Shown here: positions 47,801 to 60,100 of the stretch, in pieces
Numbering within the stretch: the stretch's first letter is position 1
Layout: every line of letters starts with the position of its first letter
Assembly: GCA_965178125.1 (NCBI GenBank)
Contig: OZ237751.1
Coordinates: forward strand, 868,001 to 932,000
Direction of reading: 5' to 3'
DNA from: Bilabrum cf. latius
Lineage: Eukaryota
Length of the DNA: 64,000 bases
Notes under the pieces: generated by a model
Databases searched by the model: none
Seen by the model: only the letters and a program-made list of their open reading frames with translations
Told to the model about the DNA's origin: nothing
Program-made: the position numbers and the translations under genes

Positions 47801-50800
47801 GGATGGGGCCCCCGTTGAGCTCGGCCATCGTCTCCACTGCAGACTTCATGTCCTCATCGGATGGGTGCTGGCTCGCCAGGGTGTCTTCCGCCTGTTGCAG
47901 CCTTTTCTGCCACGTTGTAGTTGGTGCCCAAAGTTCTGCACTTGACGCTGGGACAGGCGGTGCGTCGTCGCGTGTCAGGGCCACTGGTTCGTGCGGGAGG
48001 TCGAGCTCAAGTCCGTGTCTTGCGTAATCCAGAGCAGTTGAGTCTTGGGCAATGCACGCGGCCGAGGGTTTGCTCAGCAATATCCGGGGCATCGTTCGAG
48101 CGTTGACCAGCGCCTGAGGTCCTCTACGTGGCTAAACTGATGTTGTCTGCATTCCCATGAGGAAGTAGTGACCTCCAGTGGTATCAGTCCCATCGAGAGT
48201 CTGGGCACGCATGGCTACTGCTGTCGTCATCCTGGCGGGCGTGTGTAACCGCTGGGTGACTAATGGTCGGGCGAGGTATAGTGTTGCCTTGGCGGTACCC
48301 ACTGTCAACATAGGGATGTGTACTCCGTGGACTGCCGCTACGTGTCCCAACACACACTCAGCTGGTGGCCAGTAGTGCGAACTGCGCCACCATGGGATGC
48401 ACAGGGGTGCTACCTCCGATCCAGTCGTCGTCGTCCCGGCCATGAAAGACAGGCTGGCGTTGAAGTGTGCCTTCATCCACTGGAGTGTGTTGCCCGGGAG
48501 TGAGGCAGTAACTTCACTGCTGAAGAGGAACTTGCCTGGGACGTAGTCCGGCTCAATCTTCGTGATCCTGACGAAGTTACCAATGGCACTCTCCATGATT
48601 GCTAGAGTAAGCACCACAAGATCGCGTTCCAGATGCTGTAACGATGAGTTCTCTTCGCGGTCTTCCGCTGGGCCGAGGCTTTGTAGGATCTCTTTGGTCT
48701 TGTCTTCGTCCAGCTCTCGAGTCGAAACAGCGTCCGCGAGTTGCTTAATCTTGTCTTGTGGGTAGCCCTGCCGGGCCGCGTACAAGGACAGACATTGGGG
48801 TGCATACGGGTGTGCCCTCATGATGCCTCGCAACAGTGGGAGAGTGTCGTGATGCTCTGCCGTGGTGGGAGTGCGTACCTCGCCTCCATCACCGGTCTCC
48901 TACTCAGCGGCGTCTCCAGCCCCTGCTACCGCGTGTTCTGCCGCTGCTCCTCCTGTGGCTGCGTTTGATGCGGTGGTTGTGGTCCGTTCATGGGCGATGT
49001 GTGCTTTGCATGATTGGACGATTGAACTGACGAAGGCAGGGACGTGACTTGACTGGACCCCCACAAGTGTGTGGATGGAGTCCAGCCAACATAGGCCGTT
49101 GGTGCACGTCTTGGTCCTCCGGGATGACAATTTACTCGTCGGGATGTCAGTGGTGAGGGCCTGGATGCTGGAGGGGTTGGTGGCGAATGCATCGGGATCC
49201 TTGTTGCAGTTCGCCATCATGTCTGTCACCGTGTAGAGTTGAGGAGTGGTTCTTACGATCGGTCTTGCTTGGTCCCTGGTTGCCTGCGTCCCACCTTGCT
49301 GTGCTTGCCGCCGTGAAGGTCGTTGAGTCTTGGGCTGAGGGGGCTGGGCTGTCTTCTGGTTGCTGCGTGCTTGGCGCTGGCTCTGGGAGCGCCGCTGTTT
49401 ACCTCCCTTGGTCGACTTGGTGCAGTGTGCCCGAAATAGTGCATGTGTCCTAGGTGGAAGGTAGCCTGCCTTAACAGCCTGGCAGAATTCCGAGTCGGTC
49501 AGCTTCTCCGAGTTCCAAGTCCCGACCAAGTTGTGGTCGTTGCGGTGTCGCATGCCCTTCTCCTTCACTGCGGCTTTCAGCGTGGCGGGTAGTTTCTCAA
49601 TCAGCGGGGTCTTAGGTGGCAGCATTCCGTATGCTGCTGCCTTGAGGATCGCCTTGGTGTCTGGGTACTTCTCCGACTTCCAAGCTGCTAGCGGGTTTGA
49701 GCAGTGGCGAAATCCTTGCTTCTCAAGATTCATCCTCGTCTACGCATTTGGTGTCCGCTTCTCCAGTTGCAATAGAGATTTCCTCAGTTGTGAGGTCTAC
49801 TGAGGGGTGTTGCTTCGGCCTTTGTTCGTCGCCCTTGGTGAGGCAGTCCTGCCGGGCCCGCGTGAACTTGCCTGTTGCAGACTAGATGGTGCTGCTGAGG
49901 TCTTGGGCTTTGGCTTCTGCTGTTCTTTGCGTCGTTTCGCTGCTTGGCCGCGTTTACTGGCTGTTAGCCAACCATCAGCTGGAGACGAGGGCGACTCGTC
50001 GCCGCTTTCAACCGGTTCTACGATTTGAACGCCAGATTGGAGCTGGCGTCCGAACTGATGGTATCCCATTGGGGGCAGCCCGATGAACACACTACCTCCG
50101 TGGCTGGTATTGCCATGGTTGGTGTTCCCAGAGAGTTCGGGGTTCGCCTGCTGGTTCTGAGGAGGTGGGGTTGTCGCGGGCATCACCGCTGCTGTCGGTG
50201 CTGCCTGTGCCACCAGTGCTGGTGCAGGTGGTGCTGGTGCAGGTGGTGCAGGTGGTGCAGGTGGTGCAGGTGGTGCAGCTGGTGCTGCTGGTACTGCCGG
50301 TGCTGCTAGTACTGCTGGTGCTGCTGGTGCTGGTGAAGCCTCCGGGGAAGCTGATGCGGTTGGCCGCGTGCCAGGCGGGTTATCGGTGGTCTGTTCGGCG
50401 CGCTCTACCGCAGCAGTGCCCGTCGAGTTCACGGGCTGAGCATCTGCATTGGTAGTCTAGTGGTCTAGTGGCTGGGCCGGTGCCGTCATCTTGTGCGTGG
50501 CCACCCTTCGGCGCTTGTTCATCTTGGACTCATAGTACGTGAGCGCCAGATCTGCGATCCAGATCCAGAAGAAAACGAAGCCCGCGACCAGGGCTGTGCC
50601 GGTAAGCCCGTACATTAGAACTCTTCCCATAAATCCTAGATCGCCCGAGATGATCGTCCAGGTCTGGTGATCGCCATGGATGTGCATCGGCGAATTCAAG
50701 TTGTGTCTGGTCCAGTCCTCCCGGTAGTGCGAAGGTTCAGCGTTGCGATGGTCGCGCCAGCGCCTTTCACGAAAGGTGGTTTCTTCTTCTTGCATCGTAT

Positions 50801-51074
50801 TGGGGGTATCCGGTGCTGGGGCTCGGTTCCAAGTGGGTTCCGTGTGCACCGGGTTTGAACAGTGGGATTGCTGGGAGAGTGGCTACATCTCTTGCTCTAG
50901 GGTGCTTGACGCTCCCAGTACCGACAAAGCCCCGACTATCAGCGCTATTGATGCCCCTTTTGGGCATTTCAGCAAAACAGCCCCCATAGGAGCCTAAAGG
51001 GTAGCGGATCCTCGCAGCCCACTCGTCACGGTCGCAGGTCTGATTAATCACCAGTAGACGCTACCGTAGTCCCA
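41867..51074 (-). mobile_element. Full-length APE-type non-LTR retrotransposon (~9.2 kb)
   Basis: Contains an APE+RT ORF. Both termini are duplicated in the 39004-39175 element. (TC)n and (ATTTTT) tracts lie at the 3' end. No clear flanking TSD was seen. Confidence 0.9.
42180..50987 (-). CDS. Single ~2935-aa retrotransposon polyprotein: signal-like N-terminus/TM helix, Pro-Ala linker, putative cysteine protease, AP endonuclease, reverse transcriptase, C-terminal CxxC
   Basis: ATG 50987 to TGA 42180 in one frame with ~22 TAGs and no TAA/TGA. APE motifs: GHLNVN, LLFMTE, VLIGDLNTH, NCLD, DHSPV. RT motifs: AIK.LKSGKATGPSG, QFGF, DLKAAFDRV, GTCQGDPISP, LYADD, YLG. Confidence 0.9.
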
Positions 51075-51129
51075 CGTTTGCTGCAATATCAGAGGCTTAC
51101 CGACACAACCGAGACACGCTAGTATTTAA

Positions 51130-54100
51130 ATGTAGTACTTGCTTCGATTTCCAATCATACAGAGGAGTCTCCCGCCATTGTAGAGCATTTTGCCGTACTT
51201 GCTATCCACGGATGGACACGACGACATCCACAAGTTCACACTGAAAGAAGAGGGCATGCTCACTCAATTGGCAGATTTAATGACTGGCTATGATAAACTT
51301 TTGCGAACGCCAATCACTCAAGACACAGTGGACTTCTTGTGTCAAAAGCTTCTACGATCGGCATGTCCGAGGCACCTTGTTCTCGACATGATTCGCACTG
51401 TGGGACTTGTACCACGTGCAGCGGTGCATCTGTAGAAGTATATATCTGTGCTCCTTGTACAGGCTGTGCGTTTGTTGCAGACAGGAGAGTGCAGTGTGGG
51501 AATCCGGCGTGTTGGCTTTGAGCTGGCCGGGTCCATTCTGGCTGGTTGCCTGGACAAGCTACTGCTTTTTGAAGGCAGTGCAGAAGTGGAACATGCACCG
51601 GCTGCCCTTCAATCTGAGCTCACGCCTTACAAATTCGCCGAACTGACCGTTCAAGCGTCCGGCAGCGGAACCGCGACATCAGCAGCAGGGTCCGCTGAAT
51701 CTAGATCCGAGATCGGATTCCGTCCATCCGCTGCGAGCAGCTCGAGTGGCGCTGCTACCGGAGGGGCTGCCCCACCATAGGCCTCTCCGGTGTCTGCATT
51801 GTCCTCCGGCCCTCCTGAGGCCGCCCATCATAGCACCTTGCCTGTTCGCGTCATTGAAGCCGCGGGCTCTGTGCTGGCAGCGGCAGGCCCATCCGATGCC
51901 ACGCCCGACCGCTAGCTGCAGCAGGCAGCCGCGATGCTGCTGGCCACCGTGGCCTGGTGCGTGGGGGAGGTGGTGCAGGCTTCTGATGGCGAGGAGGTGG
52001 GCAAAGGAGCAAAGGTGGGCAAAGGAGCAAAGGTTGTAGGAGGGGGTGCATCGGTTGCACTGGTGCGCGCTGTATCATCGGGGCTGCAGGCCATGCGGGA
52101 AGCGCCTGCAACGGACCACCGTGCTGTGAATATCGTGCGGATGTTGATGAAGGCGCTAGGCACGGTGTGCTACTGGTCTCCCGATGCCAGGGAATATGCA
52201 AACCACGATGAACGCATATCATCACTGCTATATAAGGACGATGAGGACGACCCGCAAGTCCTCAGCGACCCTGGCGATGTTGCACCTGCGGCAAGCAGCA
52301 CTGAGGTGATGCATTCACGTTTGGTTGCACCCGTTGCGGTGTTTGTTCGGGGCGTGCTGGCAGGGATTTGGATAGGAGAAACCTCGGCGAAAGGTGCAGG
52401 TTCTGACGCTGACGCTGACACTGACGCTGTCCCTGTAGCATATTCTGATGCTGCAGAGCCGCAGCTGCCCGCAGACTTAGGGCAGCATGCATCAGCGCAT
52501 TCCACAGCAGATGCAGTCTAGGCACATTCGCGCTCATCCTAGGCCGCAGGGCAGTAGACCGCCGTGGACTGTGCGGGTCTGAACATGAGGAACAGCATCA
52601 CTGGCTATCAGGAGGCAGCCGGGAGCCAAGACCTGGCCGGGTATGAGGGCGTTGGCGGCCTAACGGACAGCCCCCCACCAGCTGCATCAGGCGCAGGCAG
52701 TTCCGATCATTCAAGCGCAAAGTAGTCAGGCATGCATCAGGAAGAGGGGTGCAAGGACCACCAGCGCGCCTTCGAGCTCGCTAGGCTTACCATCGCAAAG
52801 AGCATCGCCGAGGAGCGCGAGCGGCTGCGAGCGATCGAGGCCGTGTGTGACGAGTTCCGACACGATGCTGTTGAAGCAGCGCAGCAGATGCCAGCTCTCC
52901 TTGGGTTGGTTAGGACGCCTACCCCCTTCTGTGGTGCTGACTGCGAGACTGGTACGACTGCGAGCGAATCTTCAGGTATTGCGCCTGGTGCAAGGGACTC
53001 ATCGAAAGCAGCAGACTTAGTCGTCCCGGACTCGTCCGGTGCTACTATCCTGATTGATGCCGGCGGCATAGCAGGCGGCGCCAAGGCCATCCACGCCAAG
53101 CACGGCCTCTTCCTCAAGACACCCGAGTCTGACAGCATCTACGGCAGCGATGTCATGGCGGCAAAGGTCATGAAGTTGGAGATGAAGGCAGCCAGGTGGG
53201 TGCACGAAATGGACTCGATCCACGCCAATGGCGTTCTGACCACCGTGGTGGATGTACCGTACGAGCGCAAGGATGGGAGAGGCAGGGGCGTGCAGCGTGT
53301 GCAGGTGCAGGCCCGTGTGCCGGTGAGCGACGCCACCCTCCGGTACGGGTCATCGGACGGTGGTGTGACGATACACGTGGACAAGGAGCAGGAAGCAGAC
53401 GTAGTAGATAAATTGGCGGATCACTGCAAACTAGCACCACTGGGGCAGGCGGGGTGCAAGCGGGTGGTCGTGCACACTTACGATCGTGTTGGAATGGGTT
53501 CCACTGGCGAGCCCTACAGCTGGCTGGATGACATGAAGCAGATGGGCCACGACATGAGCGAGCTAGAGGAACTGTGCACTCCACCATCGCATGATCACCG
53601 GGAACCATCTTCGAAAGAGGAGATCGCTTTTGGGCTCGGCATTGACTTTAGTCCTGCATGTACCGCGTTTGGCAACCCACACTCTTGTCGAACTATTGAA
53701 CCTGCTACTGCGAAAGAGCATGGGTGGGACGTTGCTGATGGGCTCCTGATTCACAAGCTTCCATTCGACGTGGAGATTCACCAACTGGAGAGCGGCAGCA
53801 GGATCGTGCTCGACACACACCGGCTTCTGCCTCCCGACCTGGCGTGGATTCTTTGGGCTAGGTAGAGCGAAGAATCTAGACCTCGTGTCTGGGCAGTGTA
53901 GACGGAACCGCCAGTGTACTGCAGTGGGCAACTCGATACTCATTTTCCATGGCCTGCAAACTCAAAGAGCTGGCCAGAATCTCTCGCGTAGTCACAAGAC
54001 GAATCTCTTAGCGCATCATTCTGTGGGGCGGTCCATGGCTGGGCCCGAGCCCAAGATCGTCTCGGGCCTGCTTCAAAATGCACACTTCACTCCCTACACC

Positions 54101-57100
54101 GCGGGGCTGGTATCGTGCTGCTGACCTCGGACTGTCCCACCAAGGGTAAGGTGGTGTACGTGGTGTCGTGCCCGCAGTGGTATTGGGGCGATGTGCCGTC
54201 GCTGACGTGCATGATGCCGCCGGAAGCAGCCGGGTATGGTTGTACGGCAACGGACGACGATGCCGAACCAATAAGTAGTGTTAGTCCTGATTGCACGTTG
54301 AGCGCTGGCGCTGACCCAACCCAGAAACATAAGAGAAATCTCGCTGCATGGACGGGTGCTGTCACGTCACCGGACAGGCTAGCACGAGTCTGGGAATCCC
54401 TTCGGAGCTGCATACCAGACATTGGAGTGAAAGCAGAGGATCAAGATGACGACGAAACAGCAGCCGATTCGCATGAGTACGGCGCCACTGGGTTCAGGTG
54501 GTCGTCGCTGCACAATATTCGAAGATCCGCCAAGCGCGTGCTAAGACAGGGTGGTCTTCGATTAAGACACATTGGCATGGTGGCACGGACGCCCAAGGCA
54601 TCAGATAACCCGCATACGCTTCTACATGCACTGGTTGCTTGCGGTAAGACTTGGGATCAGGCCCGACTGATTCCGAGTCGTTCGGGTCCTGGTTTGTGCT
54701 CCCGAGGCACTTCCCTTGAGGCAAGTGCTCGAGTGGAGGCTGAGACGCAACACGCAGCGCCACAGATATAAAGATCTGGGCACTGGAGTTCTGTTGAAAG
54801 GTGGTGCCCACGAATTCTCTGGAATTTACCGACTGTTGGCCACCGACGGGTCCGAAATGCCAACACTCACGCTGCAACTCAACGCCATGCGTACTCGCCT
54901 GCTTAGCGTATCACTCTTAGTGCGAATGTTGGTTTGAACTATTAACGAACTATTGGAGGGCGTACAAAGTGCGGCCGGTAGCGAGTTCCCGGGGTATCTG
55001 AAGTTAACCGCAAAATTTTGACCCGGCTCGTGCCGCATCCGTGACGGCCTGGGAGCCGCAGCCGCAGCCAAGCTTACCTTTTGTGGATGCAAGGAAGCAC
55101 TAGCGGAACCGGAATGCGCGTATAAGTCATGCGAGACCGCGGACCAGGCACAGCAACGCCGGCGAGATCATTTTCTCGTCAGCATGGCTCCCACTCTAGT
55201 TCTCTTCACAGAAATGAGCTCGAAACCACGGCCACAGGCGGTAGCAGCCATGGTCGACTCTTTCCCTAAGCTAGGGCGGTCCGCCGAAGGCGACGAGTCG
55301 CCACTGATGGTGCGGGTGTTCCGGTGGACCATGCTCGACGGCACGCCAACAGGTGCGCAGCTAGCGTGCGACCTCCTCCAGATGACGGCGATGCGGCACC
55401 TCATCAGCCTGCAGAACGCGGCAATAACTGGGGCAGTGGATACGGCGGCAGCCACCGGGTGGCCGAGGCGAACGGCACCCACGGAGTAGGCGCCCGGCGG
55501 GCCTGACGTGTCGAGCACGGACGCCGTAGAGCTGGAGGACATCAAACCGTAGTGCTGGAGGAGGCCCAGCTCGTGAAGTATCTGGTGGCTGCCAGCCTCG
55601 AGCTCTCCGCATCGTGGAACTTCTCAATCGCGCAGGAGAAGGCGGAGGCAGCGGCGCCCGGTGCAGGAAGTGGCGCAAGGAGAGTGCTCCGACGTCGCCG
55701 CGCCACTACTCCGGTAGCGGCAGCAGTGGGGTACCCTCGGGCGCTGAGGTTGTAGCTGGATCAAGCAGGAGAGCGTGACCTACACCCGTGCGCCAGATTC
55801 CGCTGCTGAACGTGCCAAGGCGACGCTGGCTGCCAGACGTGGGGCCAGCCGCATCGCCGCGACACAAGTACTTGGCCGGGGCGGGGCCTCAGGTAGTGCT
55901 TCTTCGTCATCGTCTTCCAGCTCCGTTCCTAGAAGGGATATAGCCGACAGTAGGGGGAAAGATGGGCCTGGACTCACACTCCTACCGTCGAGCGGGTCCC
56001 ACGCTGGGGTGGCTGTGCGGCACTTACGGGCCCCGCCCAGCTCTGCTTTGCGTACAACCGATCAACTCTCGGGAGACCTATTGGCTGCCTCTCCTTCAGC
56101 CCCGGATGTGCGTCTGCCCTCTTATAGGGCAGATCTGCCGGGGCCTCGGGGGTTGACGCCGTAGGCTCTATTCAACGAGGGCTCGCCGGTGGGAAACAGG
56201 CAGAGGTATCTGATGGGGATGACGACGAGGGGGCAGCAGACTCTGCGGCTGGTGAGAGCCGAGCACATCGTGGTGTAGACTCTGCGGCTGGTGAGTGCAG
56301 CGCCATCTTGGGTTTACTTGGGATGGCGTGGTCTTGATGGCACCAGCGTGCGCCTGCTGCGGACCGCCGTGCTGTGGATGTCAGCCTGGCGAGCCCTTGG
56401 CGGGTCGCTTTGCGTCATCTAGTAGATCGACTTGGGCTTGATTGGTCTTCAGAACGCCAGTGTGCGCCTGCCATAGACTGTCTTGCTGTGGAGGGCAGCT
56501 TGGCGAGCCGGTGGGAAGGGCACCCACGGAGTGCAGGTGCTCGGCGGGCCTGACGTGTCGGGCTCAAGGCGCAGTCAAGCTGCAGGACGTGCAGACCGTG
56601 GTGATGGAGGAGGCCATACTCGCAAATGATGTAGTGGCCGCCGTCCTCGAGCTTTCCGCAGCGGGGAAATCCTCCATAGCGCAAAAACGAAAGCGGCGGC
56701 AGCAGCGCCCGGTTCAGGAGGGACGCCGACGTGGGCGGGGAGAGTGCTCCGACGTCGCCGGCGCCACTACTCCGGTAGCGGCAGCAGTGGGGTACCCTCG
56801 GGCGCTGAGGTTGTAGCTGGATCAAGCAGGAGAGCATGACCTACACCCGTGAGCCAGATTCCGCTGCTGAACGTGCCAAGGCGACGCTGGCTGCCGGAGG
56901 TGGGGCCAGCCGTATCGCCGCGACACAAGTACTTGGCCGGGGCGGGGCCTCAGGTAGTGCTTCTTCGTCATCGTCTTCCAGCTCCGTTCCTAGAAGGGAT
57001 ATAGCCGACAGTAGGGGGAAAGATGGGCTTGGACCCACACTCCTACCGTCGAGCGGGTCCCACGCTGGGGTGGCTGTGCGGCCCTTACGAGCCCCGCCCA

Positions 57101-60100
57101 GCTCTGCTTTGCGTACAACCGATCAACTCTCGGGAGACCTATTGGCTGCCTCTCCTTCAGCCCCGGATGTGCGTCTGCCCTCTTATAGGGCAGATCTGCC
57201 GGGGCCTCGGGGGTTGACGCCGTAGGCTCTATTCAACGAGGGCTCGCCGGTGGGAAACAGGCAGAGGTATCTGATGGGGATGACGACGAGGGGGCAGCAG
57301 ACTCTGCGGCTGGTGAGAGCCGAGCACATCGTGGTGTAGACTCTGCGGCTGGTGAGTGCAGCGCCATCTTGGGTTTACTTGGGAGGACGTGGTCTTGATG
57401 GCACCAGCGTGCGCCTGCTGCGGACCGCCGTGCTGTGGATGTCAGCCTGGCGAGCCCTTGGCGGGTCGCTTTGCGTCATCTAGTAGATCGACTTGGGCTT
57501 GATTGGTCTTCAGAACGCCAGTGTGCGCCTGCCATAGACTGTCTAGGGTACCCACGGAGTGCGGGCGCCCGGCGGGCCTGACGTGTCGGGCACACGCAGT
57601 AAAGCTGGAGGACGCGCAAACCGGAGTGATAGAGGAGGCCACACTCACGACGGGGCTGGTGGCCGCCGCGCTCGAGGCCTCCGTAGCAGCAGTGTTATAC
57701 CGTTGAGCGCTGAGGTTGTAGCTGGATCAAGCAGGAGAGCGTGACCTACACCCGTGAGCCAGATTCCGCTGCTGAACGTGCCAAGGCGACGCTGGCTGCC
57801 AGACGTGGGGCCAGCCGCATCGCCGCGACACAAGTACTTGGCCGGGGCGGGGCCTCAGGTAATGCTTCTTCGTCATCGTCTTCCAGCTCCGTTCCTAGAA
57901 GGGATATAGCCGACAGTAGGGGGAAAGATGGGCTTGGACCCACACTCCTACCGTCGAGCGGGTCCCACGCTGGGGTGGCTGTGCGGCACTTACGAGCCCC
58001 GCCCAGCTCTGCTTTGCGTACAACCGATCAACTCTCGGGAGACCTATTGGCTGCCTCTCCTTCAGCCCCGGGTGTGCGTCTGCCCTCTTATAGGGCAGAT
58101 CTGCCGAGGCCTCGGGGGTTGACGCCGTAGGCTCTATTCGACGAGGGCTCCCCGGTGGGAAACAGGCAGAGGTATCTGATGGGGATGACGACGAGGGGGC
58201 AGCAGACTCTGCGGCTGGTGAGTGCCGAGCACATCGTGGTGCAGACTCAGCGGCTAGTGAGAGCCGAGCACATCGTGGTGCAGGCCCGGCGGCTAGTGAG
58301 AGAAGCGCACATCGGGGTGCAGACTCTGCGGCTGGTGAGAGCCGAGCACATCGTAGTGCAGGCTCGGCGGCTGCTGTGAGCAGCGCGCCTCGCTGTAGAT
58401 GCCAGCTGCCTCTCCTCCCGCTCCGGATGTGCGTCTTGCCCTCTTTAGGGCAGCTCTGCCGAGGCGACTAGGGTTGACGCCGTAGGCTCTATTCAACGAG
58501 GGCTCGCCGGTGGGAAGCAGGCAGAGGTATCTGATGGGGATGACGACGAGGAGACTCTGCGGCTAAGGTGAGCAGAGCATATCGTGGTGCAGGCCCGGCG
58601 GCTGGTGAGAGCAGAGCACATCGTGGTGCAGACTATGAGGCTGGTGAGAGCAGAGCACATCGTGGTGCAGACTCTGCGGCTGCTGTGAGCAGAGCACATC
58701 GTAGTGCAGACTCAGCGGCTGGTGTGAGCAGAGCACATCGTGGTGCAGACTATGAGGCTGGTGAGAGCAGAGCACATCGTGGTGCAGACTCTGCGGCTGC
58801 TGTGAGCAGAGCACATCGTGGTGCGGACTCAGCGGCTGGTGTGAGCAGAGCACATCGTGGTGCAGACTCAGCGGCTGGTGTGAGCAGAGCATTTCGTAGT
58901 GCAGGCTCGGCGGCTGCTGTGAGCAGCGCGCCTCGCTGTAGATGCCAGCTGCCTCTCCTCCCGCTCCGGATGTGCGTCTTGCCCTCTTATAGGGCAGCTC
59001 TGCCGAGGCGACTAGGGTTGACGCCGTAGGCTCTATTCAACGAGGGCTCGCCGGTGGGAAACGGGCAGAGGTATCTGATGGTGATGACGACGAGGAGACT
59101 CTGCGGCTAAGGTGAGCAGAGCACATCGTGGTGCAGGCCCGGCGGCTGGTGAGAGCAGAGCACATCGTGGTGCAGACTCAGCGGCTGGTGTGAGCAGAGC
59201 ACATCGTGGTGCAGACTCTGCGGCTGCTGTGAGCAGAGCACATCGTGGTGCAGGCCCGGCGGCTGGTGAGAGCAGAGCACATCGTGGTGCAGACTCTGCG
59301 GCTGGTGAGAGCCGAGCACATCGTGGTGCAGACTATGAGGCTGGTGAGAGCAGAGCACATCGTGGTGCAGACTCTGAGGCTGGAGGGATCAGAGTGCATT
59401 ATGGGTATACTTGCTCTTGCTGGGGCTTGATGGCGCATGTGCGCGCCTGCCAGTGGCCGCCTTGCTGTCAAAGTCAGCCAGGCGAGCCGGGGTGGGCTGC
59501 TTCGCGTCGGCTGCCACAGAGTTGGGCTTGCTTGGTCTCGATGGCGCTTGGGTGCGCCTGCCATACGCTGCAGTGCGGTTGATGTCAGCCTGGCGAGCCG
59601 GCGCGAGTGGCTTCGCGTCGTCCAGTAGGTAGACTGTTGATAGACTTCGGCCCCAACGGCACCACGATTGCGGAGGCGATCAAGAATCTTGACCGGATCC
59701 CTGCCCATATGGTGCTGCGCATGGAGCGCGGCAATCTCCAGGGCTCCACGCTCAGGTCAACCTTCTCCACGTGTCGAGATATATCGACGTGACGGGCTGC
59801 ATCTCCATCCCCCGACACATCCGGAACGACCAACACGGTGATGGTAGGCAGGGACAAGAGGCTGCACGACGTGGGCAACCGGAAGAAGCGTGCTCCCATC
59901 ATCTAGATGGAGCACCGCAATGGTCACAGACGGCGGGCCCAAGGCGGGCAAACCCGAAGAGATCCTTGCCCTCGAGGCTCCACTAGTGGGCATCGGCGGC
60001 ACGTGTCGCGGCAACGAGCTGCGGTCCCGGACCATGGATGACGCGAGTATGATGTACAAGGGCAAGTGCACATATATGGCCATGTTCTCTCTCTGGAAGA

